IMG/VR virus record: IMGVR_UViG_3300014205_000183
Source: a virus
Taxonomy: Duplodnaviria; Caudoviricetes
Direction: 5' to 3' (one strand)
Length of the DNA: 64,000 nt
In this document: positions 47,501-56,677 of the stretch, piece by piece
Numbering within the stretch: position 1 is the stretch's first letter
Layout: each line of letters begins with the position of its first letter
Position numbers and translations under genes: made by a program
The notes under the pieces: model-generated
What the model saw: only the letters and a program-made list of their open reading frames with translations
Database searches by the model: none
What the model was told of the DNA's origin: nothing

Positions 47501-50500
47501 TAGCAACCTCCGCCGCAACCTCGGCTAATGTGCGTTCATGTTTTTGTTTAGGAGGCTCTACAGGTTTGTCTATGAGTGCGTTCTTCTGAGATATTTTACG
47601 ACCCTTGTAATTTTTACCTACCAGAGTCTTATTAACCATCCGTTTATTCTGGGTGTCTGAGAGAACATCAAATACTCTCTCAGTGGATTCTGACTTTTTT
47701 CCTGCCTCAAGTTTCAAACTTTCAGCCATTGGGTCTCTTGCAGCCGGGTCACCACCCTTCTCTACTTTACCCTTGTTAATCTGTGTCTGAATAGGGTCAG
47801 CTTTTGCCTCAGGTAACTTGGTGAGATCTGGAACTTTTGCAACATCCAATATACCGGCACCCAGCGGTTTTAATGATAATAATTTTGAATATGCACCACC
47901 CTTAGAGGCGGCCTTCTTAGTCTGTGGGGTGGCGGCTTCACCACGGCGAGCTTTTGTGGAAACGGGTTGGTTCTGTTTAGGTATGAATGGCTGACCAATC
48001 ATAGTCTCATCTGTATTAGCACCAGATATTTTCTTACGCCCTTCGATTGCCACGGGGTCAAATACACTGGCTTGTTCAGAATAGAGATAGCTACGCACCT
48101 CTTCATAATCGAGATCCAGAGACTCTGTTAATATTTTCATAGGCAAGCGACCGGTGGCCACCATGCTACTGATGATTGATTTAATAGAACCATCATCTAA
48201 CAGATTGGATTTAGAACGCCAATCAATAGTAGGAATAATGAGACGGTTAGTCTCCTCATTTCCTGTACGAACACCATGGGCTAGATCAGCCGCTTTACGT
48301 TTATAAAACTTATTGGCGTACGCCACAGGAGCAAATATTTTCTGATAAAGATACCGCTCAACTTTTGCCCTGATAGGGATGTATCTTGACATCATGGCGC
48401 GGAAGGCTACACTGGCGGTATTACCTTGAATGGTAACCAGACCATTACGCCGAGTTATAAACAAGTGGTTAGGAACCTCGAAGCAATAAACACGACCTTT
48501 GTAATCTTCGCGATAAATAGTTTTTATACCTTTACCTAAACGCTTGGCTTCCAAGGTTGGGAACTTCCCAGAATCTGCATCAGACCATTGAACATAATAT
48601 CTACGATTATGTTTCTCAGGAACCTTCTTATCTGCGGTCAATCGAGGTACATTGCCTAGTTTGTACACGATCTCAAATACGTCATCAATGAGTGTTTTTG
48701 ATGTGGAGCAGTAAGTGTAATATTGTTTGTCAGTTTGTTTTTTCGTAGTGGCAGCGCGACGACTCCCGTCCCCATCCACCAAGGCGCTTAAAAGAATACT
48801 GAGATACGGAGTAGGAAGATTTTTAATCCACTTAGGTAGTTTCTTGTTGAGACAACCCTTGCCAAAATTAGCATTAAAATAAGCAACTCTCTCTTTGCCT
48901 GAAATTCCAAAAGAGTCCTTGTACACATTAAAACCAAATTTAACACAAATATCTTTAATGTGCTTATAATGTGCTGAGGTATGCATTTGACGAATGCCTA
49001 CAACCTGGGTACGCTCTGCTGCACTTTCAGCAGTCCAACCTTCGGATACATAGTAACCTACGAGAGTACACCAGTCTGCCAAGGTAACATTTGCACCAAA
49101 CAGCCGCTTTACTTCCGCAGGAACATCTTGCTGTGCTCCCGCCCACTTAACCTGAGATCTAAACTCTGCTCTTGGGCCAACCTCATCTGCCCGCATAATC
49201 TTCCAGGCACCATCTTTACCCTTATTCCATCTGGTTCGAGTATACATGCGATGATTAGGTGTAACCATACAATCTATTTTGCCGGTTTTAAAATGAACCA
49301 TTTTTCCATCCCGAGCACTGTCATAGTCATATATATGCTTGCTCATGGGGAGATGGTATTCAAGCTGCTCGTTAACCGGATTGAATGTGGCAATTTTATC
49401 TTCATCCGTAATATCATCAATTTTCTTAAACCCATTATCAGTCAAAGTCTCTGTATTCTCATCATAGCAAGCGAAGTTGGGGCCGTCCCCCGTGGTCATT
49501 GCTTTATTGGAAAACAGTGCTGTCAAGATTTCACTTTCAATCTGCTGATATTCTTGATTTATGGGAAGCAACTTACCATTGAGGCCTACAGCCTCCACAG
49601 CTACTGCATAGTGAGTAATGATGGTGAACATGGGATCATTATTAGCGCTGACGAGTAGATCGCGGAATGACGATAAATCCTCCTCGGTTGGCATATAGCC
49701 TCCCGTTGCTAGATCACCAGCCTGCCCGAGCTTCCATAACCATTTAGGATTGATGTGCCCGTCTGCAATAACATAGTTCGCTTCTGCCAGCTTATCACGA
49801 TACAGCAGCGATTTTAAGCAGCGCAATACAATAGACGTACCGCGAAGATCTGCCCATCTAATTTTATTACGAATCATGTATGTGCTGAAGTTAGATAACA
49901 ACAATCTCTTATTCTGTCGCACTGCTGCCACGAAGTCATCATCGAGATAAGTGCGGAGCCGCTTAGTCACATAGTCGTCTGATTTAACCAGGTTAATCAG
50001 CATTGGGTCGGGTTCAAGTTCGTAAAATTCTACATCATCCCCCTCATCGGAGTGTAGTAGATAATGTCCCTTAACGTAAACGTAGTTGTTATCGAGAAAG
50101 GTGAGGTCTGTAAAACAATTATAATTATCATTCCAAAATGCAAATGGAATAACTTCACCATATGTGAAGAACTGTCGTAGCAACTCTACACATTTAAGAT
50201 GCAACTCCATAGACTCCGTCATGTCTTCATAAAATTGTGCGATTTTTGGGTCTTCGACACCTCGGAGAGCAAATCTGCTAAGAGGTATCTCAGCATGGGC
50301 ATCCAGCAGGTTACCAACCAAACCATTCCATTTTTTGTAATAAGTAATCCACTGATTAAGCAATCTATTAGGCTCACCTGTGGAGGCATCGCTCTCAGGC
50401 ATGTAGAAATTAGATTGATTAAGCAGCGGCGACCGGATGGCCGGGTTGGCCGTCTGAATGTCTGCGGCTAATTTACGAAACTTACCTATATCCCCCTGCT

Positions 50501-50642
50501 GATTGCCCGCGAATCGACTAAGCATAGTCATACCAGGAGCCGTACCGCCCGTTAAGGGTGTATTACGGCTATCAAAACTCTCACGTATACTACGTGCATG
50601 AACACTTACCGGTCTTCCTTGAGAATCCAAAATCGGACCCAT
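47490..50642 (-). CDS. Portal protein, intein-containing
   Basis: 1050 aa. LVGNLLDAHAEIPLSRF..LLRQFFTYGEV..RGTSIVLRCLKSL..PKWLWKLG..YQQIESEILTAL..IRAKVERYLYQKIFAPVA fits phage portals. Upstream of the protease. Confidence 0.88.
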   Translation of the reverse strand: MGPILDSQGRPVSVHARSIRESFDSRNTPLTGGTAPGMTMLSRFAGNQQGDIGKFRKLAADIQTANPAIRSPLLNQSNFYMPESDASTGEPNRLLNQWITYYKKWNGLVGNLLDAHAEIPLSRFALRGVEDPKIAQFYEDMTESMELHLKCVELLRQFFTYGEVIPFAFWNDNYNCFTDLTFLDNNYVYVKGHYLLHSDEGDDVEFYELEPDPMLINLVKSDDYVTKRLRTYLDDDFVAAVRQNKRLLLSNFSTYMIRNKIRWADLRGTSIVLRCLKSLLYRDKLAEANYVIADGHINPKWLWKLGQAGDLATGGYMPTEEDLSSFRDLLVSANNDPMFTIITHYAVAVEAVGLNGKLLPINQEYQQIESEILTALFSNKAMTTGDGPNFACYDENTETLTDNGFKKIDDITDEDKIATFNPVNEQLEYHLPMSKHIYDYDSARDGKMVHFKTGKIDCMVTPNHRMYTRTRWNKGKDGAWKIMRADEVGPRAEFRSQVKWAGAQQDVPAEVKRLFGANVTLADWCTLVGYYVSEGWTAESAAERTQVVGIRQMHTSAHYKHIKDICVKFGFNVYKDSFGISGKERVAYFNANFGKGCLNKKLPKWIKNLPTPYLSILLSALVDGDGSRRAATTKKQTDKQYYTYCSTSKTLIDDVFEIVYKLGNVPRLTADKKVPEKHNRRYYVQWSDADSGKFPTLEAKRLGKGIKTIYREDYKGRVYCFEVPNHLFITRRNGLVTIQGNTASVAFRAMMSRYIPIRAKVERYLYQKIFAPVAYANKFYKRKAADLAHGVRTGNEETNRLIIPTIDWRSKSNLLDDGSIKSIISSMVATGRLPMKILTESLDLDYEEVRSYLYSEQASVFDPVAIEGRKKISGANTDETMIGQPFIPKQNQPVSTKARRGEAATPQTKKAASKGGAYSKLLSLKPLGAGILDVAKVPDLTKLPEAKADPIQTQINKGKVEKGGDPAARDPMAESLKLEAGKKSESTERVFDVLSDTQNKRMVNKTLVGKNYKGRKISQKNALIDKPVEPPKQKHERTLAEVAAEVASGN
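48420..49469 (-). mobile_element. Intein with a LAGLIDADG homing endonuclease (350 aa)
   Basis: N-terminal C-YDENTETLT..GFK, block B VTPNHRM, LAGLIDADG motifs LVGYYVSEG and LLSALVDGDG, C-terminal YKGRVYCFEVPNHLFITRRNG..IQGN followed by Thr. The extein rejoins as GPNFA|TASVA. Confidence 0.93.
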
Positions 50643-50688
50643 GTGTTACCCTCGTTGTTAAATCAGATCATCCTATTTACTTCTTTAT

Positions 50689-52776
50689 CTAGTTCTCTCT
50701 AAAATACACAAAACCACTTGGGGTTGTGTCATAGTTTCCATCATAAGAACTCATAAAATGAACCCAACCGTCCTCGCTGATAGCTGCGTCTGCCGCGTCA
50801 CTAACATCAAGACTGACAAGGCCTGACTTAAGAAAGTCTGCTTCGGTATAAATCCCTTGGTCATGTACAAAATACTGCACAGGGTCGGCCAACGCTTCAT
50901 AAACCTCATCGTAAGCCTTCTCTGTCAGCTTTTCTCGCATTGTATCATAATTATATGTTGTCTTAGCTGTCTCCAGGTCAGACTGTAACTCTTCAAGCTG
51001 CGCCGTGAGTGTCTCAATAGTTTCAGGATCTTGCTCATTAGCTAGAATACCTTCAGCAGTTGATATCTGCATTTCCAAGTCAGAAACCCCATCTGCGTCA
51101 TCAACAGGTAGCTCGGAATCCACCTCGCGAGCATATGCTTCTTCAAGCTCACTGTCCCCCATGTCACTGTATCGGTTGTCGGATTCTTCACCTGCAAGAA
51201 TGCGGCGGTCAGTATCCGACATTGTCATATAATTCTGGAGCCAGCTTTGGGTAAACATCTCGGGTTCGTTGTTAAGCATATCTGTCACACGTTCGAGAGC
51301 GACTGCTTCCGCAGCATCTTCGTCTTCAAAAACACGCCAAGTCTTGCTACCTACAGAGACATCAAAACTACCATCTGAGTCTTCATTAACAGCAATATCG
51401 TCAACAGGGATGTCTAAAACAGAAGCCATTTCAGTTTGAACAGTATCCGCATCATACCCTACTGGCATACCTTCTTCAGAAGGCGCATCACCTTCAGCGG
51501 CAGTCTTGCCTAGGTTGTTGATGGCCGCCATTACAGCCATTTCCTCACTACTCTTACGTGTAGCCACTTTACCAATGTTGTTGATAGCAGCCATTACCGC
51601 TGCTTCTTCTGACTTGATATTCTGATTCATTTTTATCTCCTGTTCTTCGTGTGTGGTTGATTCCCGGCCTTTAAGATCATCATCTGCGCCAATACCCATT
51701 TCACGCTCGACTGGGTCTGCCAATTTATTCATAGTATAGTTAAGAGGTACTTTAGCTGGGATTCTATCAGCCACCTTCTTACCGGCGCTGATAGCTTTCC
51801 ATACAAAAGATAGAAGGCGATCAAGAGGGATGGTGTCAAACTTAGCTTGTCCAGCGGGGCTGAGTGCCTCATATACTGTCTTCATTGCTGAAGCTGTATA
51901 AGCATCCAGGGCGGAGCCTTCAAGTTTTTTGAGCTTGCCTTTATCATTATAGATTCCATTTTCAAGCACGTCATAAACGACCTGCATGCGTGTGGACGCC
52001 ACTGGGGCAGCTGCCTCCCCATCTGCGTTTTTAACAACTCCGCAGAACCTCAAAAGGGCTGCGTCAGTCATGAGATTCGGCTGAGCCATGGTAACTCCAT
52101 TATTTGATTGTTTACAACTTAAAGATAACTTATTGTCCGTAATTTCCAACTTAGCTTTTGCTAATTTTTCAAGATGTCCACTTTTACGTAATGCTTTAAA
52201 AACCTGATTACCAACAGAGTACTCTCCACCGACTGATAAACCTTCGGAACGTTGCTGCCGCAGCTTATTGCTAATGACTTCTAATTTCTCTACATCTGCA
52301 CCAGCAACAGCCTGGTCAATATCAAACATTAGCTGTTCTGCTTTTTTGTTAACAGTCGCGGTATCAATTACAGGAGTAGATTTCACAGGTAACTTTACCC
52401 ACTCATTATGCAGCAGGCTGTAAATGCCCGGAGCATAGTGTGGTTCAGCGGCGTCCTGTGCATATAACTCCACTGGCTGACCTTTTACAAATATGTGGTG
52501 CTGGTCATTCCACAATGCCTTCTTGGCCAGCATGTAATTCTTAATCATACGTTGATCCGCACCTAGTGCATTGAAATCAAATACTACATGCAGGTCAATG
52601 TCGGAAGCAGGCGTCCAATTGTAGCCCGCCATAGAACCAGTCAGAATAATATCAGTTGGTTCTTCAGCAATATCCAGCGATAACCAAAATCTATTGGCGA
52701 TAGCCAATAGTCGCTGCTGCACTTCAGGCAGCAGCGTAATCCCCTGCCAAATGCGCTGGTTAAGTTGGTCTTGCAT
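50689..52776 (-). CDS. Pol-beta-superfamily nucleotidyltransferase fused to modular acidic domains
   Basis: N-terminal DIILTGSMAGYNW...SDIDLHV...VELY is a GS/DxD/E NTase motif set. The C-part has KxA-delimited modules. There is an internal GGAG+ATG at 52089. Confidence 0.8.
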   Translation of the reverse strand: MQDQLNQRIWQGITLLPEVQQRLLAIANRFWLSLDIAEEPTDIILTGSMAGYNWTPASDIDLHVVFDFNALGADQRMIKNYMLAKKALWNDQHHIFVKGQPVELYAQDAAEPHYAPGIYSLLHNEWVKLPVKSTPVIDTATVNKKAEQLMFDIDQAVAGADVEKLEVISNKLRQQRSEGLSVGGEYSVGNQVFKALRKSGHLEKLAKAKLEITDNKLSLSCKQSNNGVTMAQPNLMTDAALLRFCGVVKNADGEAAAPVASTRMQVVYDVLENGIYNDKGKLKKLEGSALDAYTASAMKTVYEALSPAGQAKFDTIPLDRLLSFVWKAISAGKKVADRIPAKVPLNYTMNKLADPVEREMGIGADDDLKGRESTTHEEQEIKMNQNIKSEEAAVMAAINNIGKVATRKSSEEMAVMAAINNLGKTAAEGDAPSEEGMPVGYDADTVQTEMASVLDIPVDDIAVNEDSDGSFDVSVGSKTWRVFEDEDAAEAVALERVTDMLNNEPEMFTQSWLQNYMTMSDTDRRILAGEESDNRYSDMGDSELEEAYAREVDSELPVDDADGVSDLEMQISTAEGILANEQDPETIETLTAQLEELQSDLETAKTTYNYDTMREKLTEKAYDEVYEALADPVQYFVHDQGIYTEADFLKSGLVSLDVSDAADAAISEDGWVHFMSSYDGNYDTTPSGFVYFREN

Positions 52777-55437
52777 TTAGTTGAGCATATCCTTTTTAGC
52801 ATGACGAGTAATGTATGCGACCAATGCACGGCGGTCATCATTATGCCAAGCTGTTGCCATTCCAGATAGTGCTGCCTGTTTAGGCATACCCCAAACATCT
52901 TCAGCAAAACCCGCAAAGTCTTTCAGAGAGGCAAAAGAGGTGGCCTTACCAGTTAGATATTCATCCACTATAACGCCTGCAACGGTCTCATTAACGCCCG
53001 TGAAGTTACGACCACCATCAAGCAGGTCATAAGCACTACCATCATCACCTTCACCACCCACAGCACTAGCGAGTGTTTCTGTATTGGCCAGAAGAGAGCT
53101 GATAGCACTGATGCGGCTGCCGAACAAACCTTCGACCTCTTGTTCGACGGGTTCTTCTTCAGCCACAAAATCTTCAACCGGGTCAGATTCCTCTGTAGGT
53201 TCTTTATAGTCTTTAAGTTTGAGTATCAGATCGACAATCTCACTGGCTTTTTCACCTGTGGTCTGGTCTGGTGCAGTACCTACCAATGCCGTTACCTGGA
53301 CGCGGTCATTTTCTGTCCAAATTTCTGCCAGAGGTTTATACTCTTTAGTCATTACTATGTAAGACCCATCCTCATATTCGACATGTAGTTCAGTCGGATG
53401 CTCAGCCTCTATATAGGTGAGAACCTCATCGATTACTCTATCTGCATCATTATTATCGACGTTAGAATCCATGAAGTGTCCTAGAGGAGTCTCATGTGTC
53501 GGGTTACCAAATGTGGTTGGATTAGCATCAGGTGCTTCTTTGGAATTAGCAGGCTCATCTTGTCCAGCTGTTTTAGAAGCGTCAACTGAGATACCCATAT
53601 CATCAGGGCTTTCGTAACTTGCACCACTCCATGTAACTCCTTGTTCAGCGGCAAGCTCTTTACCCGTGATTTCGCAAAATTCTCTCATTCGATCTTTACC
53701 AACACCTTCTTCTGCGGAAACAAAAGTCTGTGACTCAGCAGGACTATTACCCCCTGTATACAGCGGTGCCTCGCCACCAGTTTCCCAAATCTCATACTGC
53801 AATTCATTATAAACTCCGTATAAAGAGTTAGTATCTTGTCCAGCTGTTTTTGTTGTGGTTTTAAATTGAAGAACAAATTCTTCAATGAATTTTTCTGCAT
53901 CAGCTGGAGACGCTATCTCCGCGTATTTAGCTTCTGCGGAGTCAAACCATTCAGTTACCATTTGATATACTTCAAATTTACCTTTAACCTCAGAATCTGT
54001 GCTCAATTTATTAATCAAGTCACTCCGGGATGCGGCACCCTCATTGTTAACAAGTTGGCCAGCAATCCAGTAAGTTATTTCTGGTACAGTATTGTCGTCT
54101 TGACTGGCTGTCTTTGTTGTGTCAGAGGGGTTATTAAATTGTTTTGCAATAGCTTCCTCGGCTACAGCCAAATTTGCCCAATCATCAACAGTCATCACTA
54201 ATTTCTTAGCAATATGTTTCAGTTTCTTGGCTGTCGCAGGATCTACCTCGTCAAGACCAACATCGTACTTATGAAGAATACCCTCGACGGCTACTGCACC
54301 CTCATAACGGTCAGCATGTTGTTTCTCAAAGCCTTTGTTATATTTGCCAGCTTTGACAGCGGCAGTTGTTGATTCCTCATCGAGACCAACATCATCTTTT
54401 CCATACATGGCAATGTAGACAGAAAATTCAGAATTCTGCTCCTCAAACCAATGCCATATTTCTTCCCGATTAGTCCCAACTTCAAAATCTAAAAACGGCA
54501 CTTCAATGTTATCATCTTCATCAGTAGGAATATCACCCAGCTCAATCCAAAGTTGTTCCAGCTCTTCCATAGATTTGCCAGCCGTTTTCTTTGCTGCACT
54601 AACCGCGGGAACATCCGCTACTGGTGCTTTAGGTGCTTTCTTTTCCAGTTTCTGCATGCCGTAAACATAAGCATCGTTTAGTAAAGCAGCCAACCCTGCA
54701 TCATCCCAACGTTCAGTGCTACCATGGTTACCCGTCTCTAATTCAACCAGATCACCATTTGACTTATTAAAAGAAGCGAAATAACCACTGGTAGGCCAGT
54801 GGAGGCCAGGCCAACGCTGTGCCCAATTGCGTATTTGATTGCTGGTAAGCCGAACACCAACCTCGGAACCCTTATCATAAATGCGAGCACCTGAAAGAGC
54901 AGCAGCGCCAGCAGGATCACCCTCTCCAGTTGCTGTTTTCTTGGATGCTCCTTTACCGGCAGGTGCAGATTCTTCCTCCTCTGGAACAGCGTCTTCATCA
55001 GCAACTCCTTCAGTGCCTTCTGGTTTGGTTGGGGCTTGTGGTGTAGGAGTGACGGGTTTAGTACCTGTGCCACTGGCATCACCAGAAGTAGCGCCCACGT
55101 CTGCGGGTGCGGGTTCAAGCGCGATATAATATTCCCCCTTCTCTAAATCAGTAGGGTAAACTACAAACTCTTCATCTGCGGGCTTAGATTTTTCATTTGG
55201 GTTTTCAGGTGATACAAAAATACCATAGAACTTATCCTGGAAAGTTTGGGTAACCTTGACCAGGTTGATGGCTTTAAATAAGATACTCTCATGGACAAGC
55301 AGCTGCCCTGGCTGGACTTCGTCTATACTCGTCATAACCTTACCTCTACGGTAGTTACCAGTGCCAGTACCTGCGGCTGTGCGCTTAAAGATACCACCAC
55401 GAGTCTGGATGCGTTTTGTGTTCAATATGTGAGCCAT
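52777..55437 (-). CDS. Modular acidic head-region polyprotein
   Basis: 886 aa. Domains are separated by KRTAA, KKTAT, KKTAG, VKAG, TKTAS, TKTAG, SKTAG. AAGGAG RBS. Confidence 0.75.
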   Translation of the reverse strand: MAHILNTKRIQTRGGIFKRTAAGTGTGNYRRGKVMTSIDEVQPGQLLVHESILFKAINLVKVTQTFQDKFYGIFVSPENPNEKSKPADEEFVVYPTDLEKGEYYIALEPAPADVGATSGDASGTGTKPVTPTPQAPTKPEGTEGVADEDAVPEEEESAPAGKGASKKTATGEGDPAGAAALSGARIYDKGSEVGVRLTSNQIRNWAQRWPGLHWPTSGYFASFNKSNGDLVELETGNHGSTERWDDAGLAALLNDAYVYGMQKLEKKAPKAPVADVPAVSAAKKTAGKSMEELEQLWIELGDIPTDEDDNIEVPFLDFEVGTNREEIWHWFEEQNSEFSVYIAMYGKDDVGLDEESTTAAVKAGKYNKGFEKQHADRYEGAVAVEGILHKYDVGLDEVDPATAKKLKHIAKKLVMTVDDWANLAVAEEAIAKQFNNPSDTTKTASQDDNTVPEITYWIAGQLVNNEGAASRSDLINKLSTDSEVKGKFEVYQMVTEWFDSAEAKYAEIASPADAEKFIEEFVLQFKTTTKTAGQDTNSLYGVYNELQYEIWETGGEAPLYTGGNSPAESQTFVSAEEGVGKDRMREFCEITGKELAAEQGVTWSGASYESPDDMGISVDASKTAGQDEPANSKEAPDANPTTFGNPTHETPLGHFMDSNVDNNDADRVIDEVLTYIEAEHPTELHVEYEDGSYIVMTKEYKPLAEIWTENDRVQVTALVGTAPDQTTGEKASEIVDLILKLKDYKEPTEESDPVEDFVAEEEPVEQEVEGLFGSRISAISSLLANTETLASAVGGEGDDGSAYDLLDGGRNFTGVNETVAGVIVDEYLTGKATSFASLKDFAGFAEDVWGMPKQAALSGMATAWHNDDRRALVAYITRHAKKDMLN

Positions 55438-55481
55438 CGATTAATCTCCTTCTGATACGATTTAACTATCCAGCACTATAA

Positions 55482-56405
55482 TTACTCTTGTGTTGTAAAT
55501 AAATTTGTTTGACCTTGTTCTTCTCGATACTGACGATCAGCTGCATAAATACTATCCATAAAATCGTCAGAAGGTAAAGAGTCAGAGTTGTTCAGCAGCA
55601 TGCCGTATTCAACTAAAAGGGAAAGCTCTTTTGCTGCTTGAGCAGTATCAGCTTTTGAATCACCTGTGGCTTCATACCCCAAAAGTATATACCCTTGGTC
55701 TTCAGACGGTGTGCCTGTTAAGGTAAGCAAAAAGGTATCAAAAGCATCTGAAGAATAAAGTACCCAGTCTTTATTGTCCATAGCGCCGTAACCACGGCCA
55801 ATACGTATCAACATTCCCTCATTGGTCTCAATATATTCTAAACCATCATTACCTTGGAATTCGCCACTCTGGTAAGGACCCACACCACCCGTGCCCAAGT
55901 AATCTCCCAGTTCAATACCAGCCGCCACAAGTGCTGCTTCTGTTTCTTCTTGCGAAAACTCATCATTCTCTTCCCGTAGTTGTGCATTAAGCTGTGTAAG
56001 CCAATCTGGAGATGATGGCTCTCCGCATAACAGTGTTAAAAGATTGTAGGTGTCAAACGAATTGTAAGCACTTACACTTGCGGGTTCTACAACACCATCT
56101 TGTGCACGGAATTCAACACTGGTACTATCTGGCTCATATGACCCTAGACCCGGTTTATAGTCGCTACTGAAACGACCAGAACCATCTTCAAAATCAATAT
56201 GCCCATCCAGGTCATCTATAGCGGCGACGGAATCTCCACCCCACAACGCCTTAACAACCGCTAGACCGTCAATAACTGTTTTAGCAACAGTCATGTCTGC
56301 TTCAGATAGAGCAGCTGTACGGCTCATGAACATACCTTCTCTAAGCGGCGCTGCCGCAGCAAGATAAGCTGCTCGGCTGGATATAATCTTATCATGTGTT
56401 TTCAT
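55482..56405 (-). CDS. Acidic protein with a basic N-terminal leader ending SRTAA
   Basis: Start MKTHDK at 56405 (GAGG RBS). Confidence 0.7.
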   Translation of the reverse strand: MKTHDKIISSRAAYLAAAAPLREGMFMSRTAALSEADMTVAKTVIDGLAVVKALWGGDSVAAIDDLDGHIDFEDGSGRFSSDYKPGLGSYEPDSTSVEFRAQDGVVEPASVSAYNSFDTYNLLTLLCGEPSSPDWLTQLNAQLREENDEFSQEETEAALVAAGIELGDYLGTGGVGPYQSGEFQGNDGLEYIETNEGMLIRIGRGYGAMDNKDWVLYSSDAFDTFLLTLTGTPSEDQGYILLGYEATGDSKADTAQAAKELSLLVEYGMLLNNSDSLPSDDFMDSIYAADRQYREEQGQTNLFTTQE

Positions 56406-56422
56406 GCAATTCCTCAATTTAA

Positions 56423-56677
56423 TTAATAGTGTTGATTCGGTACTGCCTTCGGCTGAACACATAGCGCGGCTTTAATTACCCTAATAGCTGACTTAGCTTC
56501 AAGATTCTCATTCATAGCGTTCCACAAGATGCCGACTATTTTCAGCATGACATCCGGTGCCGCACCTATCGGGAGGTGTTCTGCAAGATAAGGTGTTTCC
56601 CGCAAAAACGTCCCCACCAGTTCTTGTAATTCAGATGACACTTGATTTTTATCAAGATCTGATTTGCGAGTCTGCAT
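56423..56677 (-). CDS. Hypothetical protein
   Basis: 84 aa, translationally coupled to the upstream stop, with AAGGAG before the start. Confidence 0.6.
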   Translation of the reverse strand: MQTRKSDLDKNQVSSELQELVGTFLRETPYLAEHLPIGAAPDVMLKIVGILWNAMNENLEAKSAIRVIKAALCVQPKAVPNQHY

